Made by a program: the position numbers and the translations under genes. Below the pieces are notes generated by a model. That model saw only the letters and a program-made list of their open reading frames with translations. It was not told the DNA's origin and made no database searches. From Orbicella franksi (lineage: Eukaryota), in the NCBI GenBank assembly GCA_964199315.1, contig OZ116710.1:19282001-19346000 (forward strand): a stretch of 64,000 nucleotides of DNA, given 5' to 3'. Shown here in pieces: positions 49,239-62,295 of this stretch. The first letter of the stretch is position 1; each line of letters starts with the position of its first letter.

Positions 49239-51711
49239 ATGATTGTTATTTGTTTTCAACATTGAATTGTGATCGACTTTCAGTTTCTAGTGCCGCGAAG
49301 GAAATTGTCAAATAGGCGTCAAACTTGTTTTGATGTTCCTTTAACTCTTCATACGAACACTTTGAAGTGAAATAAATTTGGAAGATCGAATAAAAAAGGC
49401 TCGAGTTTGCTAATTTGACCATACTGTTGTCATAAAGGTATTCGTTAATCAGCCTTCTTTTCAGATTTTCTCCAAATAACAGTGTCTTCAACACACTTTT
49501 AATTCGCCGGAACTAAATAGTTTTCGAGGCGATTTTCGATTCTGATGATCTCAAAAGCGGGAAAGAGATTATTTTGGGGGGCGATACGAGTATCAGTTAT
49601 TCAAAATCGACGTACGAGATTGAACTCAGTCAAAGCATGTTCATTAACAACATGAATAATAATTTCTATCAACTAAAGTTTATGCATACATTCTACCGAT
49701 ACTGAGGGTGTTGATCCGTGTGTGTGTATTCATTTTAGACGGACATAATGTCAAAAATATTTCAAGACCTAAGGTTGACTGAATTAGAATGCGATCAAGT
49801 CCTCTCATGGTCTTAGAGCAGATCGAGCTCATCGTTTTGCATTTTTAATGATACTGAGAGCTTTCTTTAATGAAAATGAAAACCGAAGTCGAAAGATTAT
49901 ATTTTCAACAAGACCGTCGTTATTTACTTTAAAGTTAAATCCGATATAAATTTTTTCCTCCACAAAAAGACCTTGCAAAACGCCTGAAACTTAGCTGGAG
50001 TACATAAGCTACTATATGTAATCAATAAGTTACGCTTGCATTAAATCCTTTTTTTATATTTTGTTTATACATGGTAACCAACGAGGCCAGCCACAAATCT
50101 TGTTGAACTTTAAATTTTAACGTGAAACTCTTAATAGCGTCTACATAGTGCATTTTCAATCTAGGATTTAAGAGGATTAAATCTCTTTTGACAGGTTGAA
50201 AATAAAGTCGGGAGGTTTTAATTGGTTGTTTAGGCGTGCATTTTGAAATGTGCCGAATGGTTTCGTCCAAACATTAATCTGCCTGATGTTGCTAGCACAG
50301 AGAGTCGATAAGACATATTAATCAATCAAACATGTTTTTGCATTTTTATCATGCAGTGTTGTGATTATAAGATACTGGAATTCAAATAACTTTATAAGAA
50401 CAGTTGATTGTTTACTAGATTCGACTTGCTTCCAAACACTTTTAAATGTTAAAACACTTTTCGAACTTCCAATTGCCGATACCAAAAGTACAGTTTTATT
50501 TGTCTTTTTTCGTGCATGATCCAATACGTATACGTCATACCATTGTGTACAACAAAAATGCCACCTACCCTCATATCTGATGAATTTATCATTTCTATAT
50601 CTTGCTCTCCTTATTTTCCTTTCATTCTATTCAAAATAGCAAAAAATATCACTTTGGCCTAAATTTCCTTATAACTTGTTGATGAAAAGAAAAAAAAGGC
50701 TCCTATGCCCTGGCCAGCCACGGCATATTTATATGCTTACGTTTTTTCCGCGGCCGGTAAAAAATTCACTTTCAACGAGGAAGTTAATAAGCCGAAATAC
50801 TTTTGCTATTTATCTTGTTTTCCTTTACTTTGGAATTTGTCGATATGAGGCTTTTTTTTTCATTGTGCTTTGTCTTGCAAGTTCAACGGTGTCATTTTCG
50901 TTGGTCCACTTGTTTGGCAATTTTCCGTTAACAATAAAACGATTAATTGTTCTCCTCGAAAGGTATAGCTTATAAGTTGCAGTTTTCAGCCGGCAAGTTG
51001 TTTTTAACGGATGGTCACTTTCACTTCTGTGCATTCTCTCCTGTAAATCCTTTCACCCAATGATTAACACAAAAAGAATGAGCTTGAAATGTACCGACGT
51101 TTTCATTACAAAGTTAACCCCTCTAGGCCTACTTTCACTTGCTATCGTGACTTTCGTGGGCAGTATTTAGGCTTTTTTTAAAGCCGACGGAAGTATTGTA
51201 AAATCTTTCCTCGATGAAATTATTCTTTACTAATATGGTTTGTACCGCATTTTTACCGATTTTTTTCCATTAAAAATACTGGTATATAGGTTAACAGCTT
51301 TTCCAGCTTCGTTTTACATCAAAACTAATGCAAATGTCTAAATTCCGTGGGTGAAAAAGAATATCTTTCCTGTTTTAAAGCTGGAAAAAATAACATTACC
51401 AAGTGCCATTTATTTTTCGTTTCCCGTTAGTGCTCAAAACATGTCTGACAAATTTGGCTTCTGGGTAAAGTATGACGTGCGCGATGACGACTGATGTGGA
51501 GTCGATACACTTGTTCCTTAAATTTCCATACATACGAAATACATAGCAGCATTCTGTGAAATTCATTAAAAAAATGGAATGGACTATGTCAATAGCTGTT
51601 CAAATATAAGAAGTAGCTGAGTTTAATATATAGAAATATACGTAAGATGCTGAATATCTATATTGTGAAAGATGTCCCAGAACTCATTGGACTGTTTATT
51701 CTACTTAGCCT

Positions 51712-51816
51712 GACGAATAGTATTTCTGGGAAAATGATGAAAACCAGGAGACTGAAGATCAAAAGATCGCTTGATCGTGGGTGATGGATTTACTTCGGTC
51801 TCGCGAGAAGCTCTAA
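51712..51816 (+). pseudogene. Family member B8 relic (3' end only)
   Basis: YFWENDENQETEDQKIA*SW..YFGL aligns with B7 YSWENEENGQSEAQTIAESWMIYFGL. There is TGA at 51772-51774 and a 4-nt excess before YFG. Confidence 0.8.
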
Positions 51817-54800
51817 ATGCATATTACCTAAGTATACTTTTGAAACTTTGTTTCACATGACCTGGTTTCATTTTCTCCGGCACTCTTCAGTCGATCAAAG
51901 GCTAGCGGTGCTGACGTCACTTCGATTCACTGCATTAGCAGGACTTACAACTCCACATCAAGAACTTTGTCTTTAGACATGGGTCTCGCTCTATCCTATT
52001 CCACGACTCACTCTCTCCTCCTATGCTTGTCAACCATATCTTAAGTATTAGGCTGTTTTCTCTTTGAAATTGATTTCATTAATATATCATTTAAGTTGTT
52101 GGACTCTTTAAATTAAAAGCAAGGAAAAGGCCCCTATATTTAACGGAGTTACATCACGGATGGTGTTTCTTGAACAAAGTAGCCTGATTTTTCACGGTAC
52201 ATGTAGTTGTTCGCCATTCAAATTTTTTTCAATTCAATTCTTTTATTTACACCAGTACCATAAAGGGCATTTTGGATACATTGTATAGGTAAAGTAATGA
52301 AAATAGTAAAAAAAAAAAAAGAAGAAATATAAAGCCCTAAGGAAATTAAATTAATGTGTGAGCGGTGGCCATTCTCGGTATCACCTGCAATATTACTCTT
52401 TGTTACTCAGTTGTTGATTTATTAATTCCACTTCAGTGGTGTTCTCCCATAGTAACATATATTATGGACACTCATTCCACACGGGATTTTTCTATGTATA
52501 TCGTGACATAACCCCATTAAACAAGGACGGATGAAGACTGAATAAGTACATTGCATTTACTGCACACTGTCTTTACTCAAGAGCCTGATATACCCTTGCT
52601 TCACTTTGGCTCCTTTGCTTGACTTTCAGGAATTTTCCTGAAATCTGGTGGTTGTGGTTTATGTAATCAGATTAGCGTTTTGCTCTGAGAACCAGTATTT
52701 GTGATACTGTTACATTCCAGTCTCTTCTAAGTGGGAAAAGCTGGTGGCTTTCAGCGTAATGAATATCTCGACGGGACATTTTTGTGTCGCTGCAAACTCA
52801 GAAGCGGAACATCAGTGGTTACTTGGAGAACACAGCACTTCTTCCTACATTTGTTTCGCGCTTTAAAAAGTCACTATATAACAACTTTAGTACAAAAGTG
52901 GATTAGAATGGGTTTAGCCATTTACTAAAGAGAATATAACTTCTTGTTTTACTTTAGCACTATTTTTACACTTTGTCGCGGAATTTTCCCGAAACCTGAG
53001 CTGCGTGATTCACTGTTATATTAAACTATATTGGTCATTTGTTTAGGAATGGACCTCGCGGGGACCATTTTACTTACACTAAGAAGCGTTAATCGATACC
53101 GGTATTTCTCTCTCAGCACATGGCTTTCAACTTAAGTGTTAACCGCGCGACACTTTCCTATCTTTTCAAAAAGGAGTATGATTTACTTCGAGAACTCTCT
53201 TTTCACTCTCCTATAAGCTGCGTTTTACTTTATGTGACTCAAAAACCTTCATGAAAATACCTGTACATGTATTTGATAAAAAATATATATATAGTGCCCA
53301 GGTCCTCTGAGCCTTGCAGATTGTATCGTGACTTTAGTGGACAATGTTTGGGCTTCGTCTGATCCGTTAAAAAAGCGACAACCAATTCATTTTGCAAACC
53401 TTCCTGAATTAACTTTCCTAAGTACTGGCGAAATGCACTTTGTCTCGAATAAATGGTGTAACAGTAAAGCAGCCTTGAATGTTTTCATTATGTAGATTTC
53501 ATAATAATATTAATGTCAGGATAAAGTTAGTATACACAGCTTTCACGACAAAGTCTTGAATGTTAAGATCAGAGAAATTCAGTTTGTTTTCGTGATTAAC
53601 TTTCAATTGTTTCATATATCGATATAAATATTTATATTTCTCGTGGTTGTTGTTGTTTTGAGAGAGTGAGTGACCTATAGAAAATAAAAAAATGACGTAT
53701 TTTTTTGAAGATTTAAGACAGTATGTTAAATTAGAGCCTACTGATTCTGATCATGGTTAGAAGGAGAATCTCGTCTTCTCTTATAGGTCAAACTAGAGTA
53801 GAGTCTCTGCTTCTAACGCGCTCTGACTGACCTCTCAAAATAATCTGCCTAAATAGTATTGCTATATGCTCTTCCAGTTCGAAGGATAACTCCGTACACC
53901 GACCTTTACTTCTAGCGACATTTCACCGCTCTGAAGACCCTTTTGTTTTTCATTCTTATCCTAAACGATTGTAAAGGTCGTGACTTGCGTAGTTTTCCGG
54001 CGTGTCCGGTAAGATATATTAACAATAATTTGAGTAAAAAAAGCTTGATTTTGGCTAGTACTGTGTTTATTTTCGCCGCTGAATGAGCCACTTCCGTAAA
54101 CATTGGAAGATTAAAAAAACGCTCCATTTTATATACGAGATGATATATATTTTCTAATCGTGTCACGCGATTTGTCAGTATCAGAAATCCATGAAACTAC
54201 GGTATAAAACCTCTGCTGAGTAACTAAGTAATAGGAAATATTCTTATCACGTTGTGGTCGGCGCTTATTTAGCAAGAATCATCGAATTCGTGCCACTGAA
54301 AAATCATTAGTATGCAAGGTTGAGATACCGCTAGCACGTACTTGGCAGCGATTTGTCTTTAATTTTGAAATCGAGGAAATCATGAACAGTTGCATTGCTT
54401 CTTATAGTTTTGAATGATTCTTTTCGACCAATTGTAAGACTTTGCCTTAAGAAAAATGAGTTTTGAGAACTCATGAATTGAGGTATTTGCCACATTATGG
54501 TGGACCCTTCGGCAGTCATATAATTTAAATTTTAATGACATATCTTTGAATTTCTCTTCTCTTCTTTCAGTTACGCTAAATGCTATGACTTTGAATACTA
54601 CTGCTTGTAAACCTTTTTAGTGAATGTTTGGTTGATAATAATAACTCCCACGAAGAAACAGCACGCTTCTATATTCGATACGATTTTTTTTCGGAGGGTG
54701 GCTCTTTGCGTTCTTCGTGCGTCTGATTCTGTAAAGCCTACGAGACGCCAAATATATTTACCCTGAAATTTATAAATTGTAAGTTTAAAAACATGTCTTT

Positions 54801-55378
54801 GTTCGCAAATGACATTTAGACGTAAAATATGACACCCCTTGTCAAAGAAATAAAAAAAAAACTGGAGTAAACAAAGTCATCGTCATGAAGGGCAATATAA
54901 CTGTCATTTTTCCAACTGCTCAAAAACATTCGTGGCATGTTACAAGCCTTTGTTGAAAAAGAAGAAATCGACTTGCTAAGTCGAAATGCGCAATCCTTTT
55001 CGTAACATCCACGATAGCTGCGTTGGCTGGTCTCAGATTTGAAAGCGAAAGCAGAATTTTGATAATGTAAGTCCCACGCACGTCACATTATTTCGTCAAA
55101 ATACTTTGTTTTCATTACTCTAAACGCAGGTGCACATGTCGCGTGAACGTCAACCGACACTTTGTGGGATTTACGAAATTTGAAAAGGGACTTGCCGTCA
55201 CGACATACGTTAGCGGCGGATAACAATTCATCCTAAAAGTTGTCATTTTTGGACAAAAGAACCCCATGGATAAATAGCCTGCGTCTGAGTGGAATCAGGT
55301 CAGATTTGCGATAAAGCGAGACAACGAGGAACAAGTTCTAGTGCTCCAGTGAAATCGAAGACGAAAAAAAGTTACAAC

Positions 55379-55849
55379 ATGAAGCAGAATGCTCCATTTC
55401 TACCGAGATTAAAAATGACGCGACATCTGAGCACGATTGTGGAGGGAAGAGAAGATAATGATGAGTTTGGCGATGTTGGTGGACTGTTTGGCAGACCTGG
55501 TGAAAATAGACACAGGAGATTCAGTCGAAGGGTGTACTCATGTAGTGACATTACAGTAGCTGCGAACAAAAAACCCGATAATTTAATTCTTCCTCCGTTG
55601 GCAAATCCTGAGAAAAACGAGAGACAATCTTTACATGGCAATGGAAAAGGCCCACGAGGTAACCTTAAAGTGGTAGACTGTACTGCTAATATATTCCCAG
55701 ACTTTAGACCGCCTGATAGGACTCAGAGTATCATGGACTTTGACTCTAAGGTTTCAAGACTTTCCACGCGGTCAAAATCAAACGATGAACACAGTTTTTC
55801 TCAAAACAAGGAGAACATTGTTGCCTCGTGGCTTCAATTCTTTGGATGA
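55379..55849 (+). CDS. Family member A8, 156 aa (RHLSTIVE ... IFPDFR ... IVASWLQFFG*)
   Basis: The track start is GTG; the first ATG is at 55379. All three motifs are present. Confidence 0.87.
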   Translation: MKQNAPFLPRLKMTRHLSTIVEGREDNDEFGDVGGLFGRPGENRHRRFSRRVYSCSDITVAANKKPDNLILPPLANPEKNERQSLHGNGKGPRGNLKVVDCTANIFPDFRPPDRTQSIMDFDSKVSRLSTRSKSNDEHSFSQNKENIVASWLQFFG

Positions 55850-58015
55850 TACCACCATAGTGCAATATGATACACACCACAGTTCACAGCTCAGTGCTGT
55901 CATAGTAGAGACTGATCCTGTCTGTTCTCTGGAAAATGACGGTAAAACGAGACCGAGATTCAGTTACCAAATACTGTTAAAAGTTTCCTACGCCCAATTA
56001 AGTGGTTCGCAAAAATTAAATTGCTAAGAGCGCCACTGCGATTTACTTTTTAACTGCGCTCAATTTTAAACTACAACGAGAAAGTTTTCGTATTCTGCAT
56101 TTTACTAGCTGGATTGTACGAAGAAGAGGAAAGCAAAGAATGGAGAAGTAAGAATAAGCAGACGTGATGCTTCTATTTTAGAAAGAAAAAGTATATTTTC
56201 GTATTAAAGGATATATTTACACTCGTTTTGGCTCATTTGGTTGGTTCACTTCACTATATATTTGGTTGTCTTTGTTCACGTTTGACTTTTTCTGTAACTT
56301 CAGTGCGTTTGCTCGATGTTAATCAGCCAACTGGTGTTCTAATTCATACTTTTTCTACTTTACTCGCAAAGAGTACCCTACTTTTGCAGTTTTATTCCTA
56401 TTATTGTATAACTGACAAACATTGGAAAAATATTATGCAAATTTCTAGTATTCATTGTGAACATGTGAGCTCATGATATCCTGTTATTTCTAATTTAAAC
56501 AATGATCAAATCTCCGCATTTTGCGTTTTTTCTCCGAAGTTGTCTTTTTTTAACATGATTAAAATTTGTGTCTCATTCATCAACTTCAATCCACCAAGAT
56601 GTTTGATATATTCCATCGCTATCTTGAGATGTTATTGTGTTTTACAGCTGTAGCTGTCTTGACCGCTTCACAAATTGATGGTGCACGTACTCGGAAAGCA
56701 AGAGAACAATTCAATTTAAGGGCTTTGTGAAAGCGATCAGCAGGAGTGTTTTTGCATTCGATTATTTGATAAATAACTCATGAAAAAAATCCTTTTTTTT
56801 ATCAACTATTAGAAAAAAAAAGCATCACAATACTTTTACAAAATTATTCGGAGAAAATGTTGACTAGAATATCGTTGTAACGGTGTTATTTTCTGTATGC
56901 CTTTACCCGAGAAAATCTGACAGAGATGTTTTTTAATCAGTGATGCTGAATACGTCTCTCGTTTTAATTATGTACCTTATTAGGAACGACTTTTGTTGTG
57001 CAATCTTCATTGCATTTTGACTAAAGTAATGTTAGTAACATTTTCGGAAGAAGGTCTAAGATCATCTAGAAGTTTCTATTCTAACGACTGCGGTTTGAAT
57101 GCTTGACAGCGAACGAACATGTATCAGTTAAATTTCGCAATTCATATCCTGCTTTTTGCCTCGAAAGATATCTTTTTCAAAAAAAAAAAAAAAGTCGAAA
57201 ATACAGCTTTCCAGTTATTTTTGAACGAAGAATTGCCACAATTTCAATATTTACTGGAGGATGTAGAAATCGTTTACTTTTCTAATACGCATTGCAAATA
57301 AACTGGATGTTTTTCCGCGTATTTTGAACTGTTGTCAGACTTAATTCATTTAAAAATGACAATTCTTCATGTACCAGATAGTTCTTTGTTAAATTAAGTT
57401 GCATTTTCCGATGAGAGGCGGCTGTATTGTCTTCCTGATTCAATGAATATTTTATTATGTAGTTAACTATTTTTCAGTAAGGATTCTCGAAGCCCTCCTG
57501 GTTTACCCTCTCGAGCTTCTTTAATGTACGTGCAAGCAAGCCAGGCTTAAGGAGGAGACGTCACGTATCTCATAGTGACCTGCATACAACTATACATATC
57601 CTGACACAAATATGGAGATTCCGGTCGGGGCCCTTGGTCCTCTTGACAGTAAAATTATGATTGTTGTTTCTCGCTTGACAGCTCGGATGCATTCTGAGGT
57701 GAACGTACGATTTGATTTTGTTCAGTCTGATTTGTGTCTGTTGGCAATGGAACTGTCCTGTTCTGTGCCTTCGAGGGCTGATTGTCGCACACGTATGTAC
57801 TGACCGGTTTAACGTGTCAGTACATTATAAGCACAACAAAAGCGTGGTTTCGAATCAATAACTAAAAGGTGTCTTATACCCATCTCGTTGCTATCACTAC
57901 ACTTCGACATAATTATATATATAGATATTTTTTTTCTGGTATATCAAAGGTTCAGTTGAACTATAAGCAATTTTGTTTTCTTCCATAAACTATCGATGCC
58001 ATTTTCGCGAGACAA

Positions 58016-58018
58016 AAA

Positions 58019-58053
<35 letters not shown>

Positions 58054-58108
58054 GCAAATAAATAAAAAAGTAAATAAATAAATAAGCAAGTAAATAAATA
58101 TAATAAAT
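58016..58108. repeat. (AAAT)n microsatellite
   Basis: Imperfect AAAT run. Confidence 0.92.
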
Positions 58109-58707
58109 GTCATTATTGAACACACTCTAAAGTGGTTTTTCAGGGCCAGAGGAAACAAACAGTGGAAACAAATAAACACAATTAACACAATACTACATTT
58201 AGCATGCTGATATCCTGAAAACCTGATCATATTTCTTAACCGTCACATCTACTCTACGATATTCTGCGTATCCTATCCTGCCCTAAAGCTATCCTATAGC
58301 TAAGCTAAGCGTGAATCTAACCTATAACCTTTTCTAGCTGTTGTGTTATCTATTAACTGCATATTTTTCTCTTAGCCCAGGCCTAAACTAAAACAGAAAT
58401 GAAATCGACCATTACGGAAGGCTCAACCACCAATGTTAACATTGGGTTTACGAAAAGGAAATCAACCTCGCGGAAAGATTGTATTCCATTCAGTACGTGA
58501 TTTCTTGTTAATTTGCCGGTTTTATTTTGAGCCTCATGTGCGTGCATATAAATGCATGAATTTAATTATCATTTTAGGTCCAAAACAGAGTCCACTATGT
58601 TTAGTATGGAGTCGATTCCTCGGACAGCAAAACAAAGGACCCTTTTGTTGCTGTTAAATAAAAGGGAGCAGTTTAAAGCCAAGATCATGCAACTGCTGTT
58701 GCTTATC

Positions 58708-60039
58708 GTGACAATAAATAATGTGATGATAGCGATTTTATCTCCGGAACTCTGTTCAGTGCTATTTGGATTTATAAGAAGTCTTTCATTTTTCCCAGCG
58801 AGGAATGACAATACGATATTCCCAGAGGTAGCGTTAGTTTAAAACAACACATTAAGGTTCAAACTTTCGCTGGTGTCCTCCAGAAAAAGATCCGTACGCG
58901 CGCTGTTTTGAAGGAAACCCTCACAAACTATATATCAATAGAAAGGTTATAACATGTAGAATTCGATGAAATTAGATTCTTTTTTGCCGACTGCTTTCCT
59001 AAGACGGCAGAAGCCGTTAACGCCAAAACGACCGACTGAAATTCCGGCGAATTAATCGGGTATCGAATGCGATCGTTGATGCAAAATAACTGTGCAGTGT
59101 TAATCACAAGGCATCAATCTCTCAAAGCGTGTCAGCATTTTCTTTCATTTCTATTGGTCATCGTTTTATAGATCTGTCAAGTTCCACTATCGAAAAATTC
59201 GCGTAACGTGTTGCGTTAGAGACCGCCACGAGGAAAGTATTTGAAATAAGAGAATTCGCCGACACCTTTTTGTTTCGTATCTATCAGTGAATGTTCTGGC
59301 CAAATTTCAAGGAAAACCGTCGATTGTACATACCCTATTAATTCATTTAAAGAGGAGGGGTTCTTTCGAAAAACGGGTGCAAGTTTTCGCCTTCTTAAGA
59401 TTTATATACATGTCACGCCTTCTCAGAGGGATATGTCAACTCAAAATGCCGCCAGTCAATGAAATAACAGAACCCCTAGCATTCATAGTAAGAAAAGTTG
59501 AGCTTCTCGGTAAAACGATAGTGTTACAGTCACGTTTTAGGAGCATACGTTTTAGGCCGGTGGTCAGCAATAAAGGGCAAAACGGAGAAAAGCGATGTGC
59601 AACAAAACAAAAAGAAACTGAGGAGCAATCGCCGAAGCGTGATTCCAAAAAGGCGCTCTTGACGGACATGAAATCTCAAATTGAAAGTATTTGATATAGG
59701 ATCTCTGGATTAAACCGTTTGCCGCGAAAAGGTCCCTGAGGAGTCCATGCCTTTTGGGGATTATGACACCTTCACGGTATATTAACTTTTATTAAAAAAA
59801 ACCTCTTTTCCCAGTAACTCGCGCGCGTTTTAATATTTTGTTTTCATTTCTTGGAAAATGTTACCTTGAATAATGACAATAACTAATGTGACAATAAATA
59901 ATGTCATGATAGCGATTTGTATTTCCGGAACTCTGTTCAGCGCTATTTGGATTTATAAGAAGTCTTTCATTTTTCCCAGCGAGGAATGACAATACGATAG
60001 TCCCAGAGGTAGCGTTAGTTTAAAACAACACATTAAGGT
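58708..60039 (+). repeat. About 151-bp direct repeats (58708-58858, 59888-60039) flanking a 1029-bp spacer
   Basis: Near-identical gtgacaataaataatgt...aaaacaacacattaaggt at both positions. Confidence 0.9.
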
Positions 60040-60265
60040 GTCAACGTCTTTTGAACAAGTTCGTTAATCCTACAGATTATCTTTGCACTGCCAAATCCAT
60101 GTTGAAAGAGCCTTCAGTAACCGGCATAATTTTGCAGAGTTTGTGTATAAATCTTTTACGAAATGTCCTCCGACCTGCTTCCAGGCAGATTCACAGATCG
60201 TCTTTCATCAATTAAGTGTCGTCTTGAATACAAAGGCTTCCATCTAATATGCTCGTCAATACGGA

Positions 60266-60547
60266 TTATTTCATCCCAAATTCACATTTGTACCAGCCTT
60301 TAATGTCACGTGGGGTATTTTCGGTTGCTGCCTCGATGGTCCGAGTCATTTTTTCATGATGCACGTTCTTATTACATATGTCACACGAGCGAAAAAACTC
60401 GGGAAAAATAGCCATTGCATCCCTTAGATCATCGCTATTGAAATTGTCTTGTCTGGGATTACTGAAACTCGCTGATGTTTTTGAGAAGAAAGCGGACGTA
60501 GAAAATACAGCGTCGGGTGACGAAAAAGCCTTGGTCCAAGTGCTCAT
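60266..60547 (-). CDS. Family member C1, 93 aa (AIFPEFF ... DIKGWYKCEFGMK*)
   Basis: ATG start, central motif intact, W-x4-FG C-terminus, TATATAA at 60637-60631. Confidence 0.8.
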   Translation of the reverse strand: MSTWTKAFSSPDAVFSTSAFFSKTSASFSNPRQDNFNSDDLRDAMAIFPEFFRSCDICNKNVHHEKMTRTIEAATENTPRDIKGWYKCEFGMK

Positions 60548-61699
60548 GATTTCTCTCTTATTCTTGATCTTGATAGTTTAGCTCCTTTATCGGAGTAAAA
60601 GTGACAACTGACTTACGAGTGCTAATGGTGTTATATATTCCTTTTTGTAAATGCTCGTCCTTCAGTCACTGTTGTCTTTATCGAGTGTTGCTCTGCTAAA
60701 AATAGCATGGATATTGGCAATTATTGGATCCATTAATTAAAGCACGTATCATTCATAGTTGTAAACAGATGTGGTAAGTGAGAGACGTTTTCGTTCGTTT
60801 TGGTCTCTATTGATTACTAATTCCAATGTTGACAATCAGCAAACTAGTTACGTGCTTGTCCGTCAGTGTATCTGACAATTTTCCGGCACGTATGCATGGA
60901 CGCCAGTTGTGTTAGTTTAAAATCGTGAGAGCACAAGCCTGATTCTAATACTAAGTACAGCATCGAAAAAAAAGGAACGATTACAAATCTTTTCACCAGC
61001 GAATGTACGCCATACTTTAGGTAGACAATTTAAATCTTACAGGTTTTCAATGAGTTGTTTGTCCGGTCGATTTTTGAATTATAAAATCAAATTTTATCAA
61101 TTCGAATGCAAAACAACACGCTCGTAATTCTAATCGGCACTTATCACTGTAATTATCTCACCACAGGATATTGTTTGCTGGATCACGAACTCCCTGTCAC
61201 TTTTGTTTGTGATATGATCGTATGATAGTACAATGGAAGGTGTACGTGGAGAAAGTCCCGTAATATATTCAATTGCAATTGTAAAAATCTAATCACTCAG
61301 TGTGTTGAGCTGCGAAATACAAATCACTCATTTGTAATTAGGATAAGTCACGTCTAACAGTTTTCAAATATATAAAACTACCAGTAAGGGATCAGATTGT
61401 TTGAGTGTTTTTGGTTCTCGTTAGGTTTATTTCAGGTGTACAGATTTCCTTTCTGAGAAAACCAGCGTTTCGAAATTCGATATGTCCGGAATCTATTTCC
61501 GTGAGCCACAGAATTCACGGCAGTGCTTTTGTTGAATTACAAAGACCTCCTGTTATAGCATTGTTCACTCTGTATAGGTAGCCATACAGTTTCGAGTTCA
61601 ATTTGGAATTAATTTGCACGAGTTGGTGGAGCAACACAAAATCTGTATTTTGTATACAAGTGAAGCTAGATCCAAGTAATATATCAAACAAGACAGACC

Positions 61700-61960
61700 G
61701 TGTTTGACCACATTTCCAAACACCGAGAAGAGATTAAAATACGTCAAGCAGCGGAGTCTTTTTGACGAACTTCGAGGTGTTTGGAAATGTGGTCAAACAC
61801 TGTCTTGAGTGCTTGGTATCTCTTCTCAATCCAAATTCAAACCAAGGGAAAAAAATGGAGAAATCAAATCGTAAAAATCTATGCTGATTAAGATCAGACA
61901 TCCAAACGGTCATGATTTCCTTTATTTAAACCTAATGAATTATTAATGGCTCATTTGAGA
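61700..61960. repeat. Interspersed repeat with perfect 25-bp inverted repeat (61700-61724 / 61776-61800)
   Basis: gtgtttgaccacatttccaaacacc ... ggtgtttggaaatgtggtcaaacac. Confidence 0.75.
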
Positions 61961-62295
61961 AGGACAGGACTAGTGAAGTAGGATTTGGCCCAGCAGGGAT
62001 CAAACAATCAAATAATCAGGCCACAGAGATCAACATCAGGAGGGAGTTGTTCTTATACTAGAGAAGAGAGGGGGTGGGGGGGGGGGGGGTAAAGCACTTT
62101 TGGAATGTGACCCAGTGAGGTTAGGAATCATAATTATAACAGCTTCCATTTTTTATCACCAGACGTATAAAAATAGCACCACTTGCATTACGTTTTGTAC
62201 TCTTTTACTTCCGTTTTACCCGATAATATGATAACAACATTACATTTACCCGAAATAGGAAACGTCAATGTGACTAAAATCTCATGACTTTAAAA

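Noticed and set aside
52215-52800. Possible LINE 3' relic on the minus strand with a (GAATT)n-like tail
   Set aside because: Only a faint YSVFIRPCL resemblance to LINE C-terminal motifs amid many stops; not supportable without a search.
35715-55720. FxxP (PP4-type) matches in FFPP (B1, B7) and FRPP (A8)
   Set aside because: Present in only three members and a by-product of the FPDF[FR]P context; not conserved across the family.
57612-57803. 63-aa ORF beginning MEIP like B4
   Set aside because: No further similarity and no family motifs; the four-residue match is likely chance.
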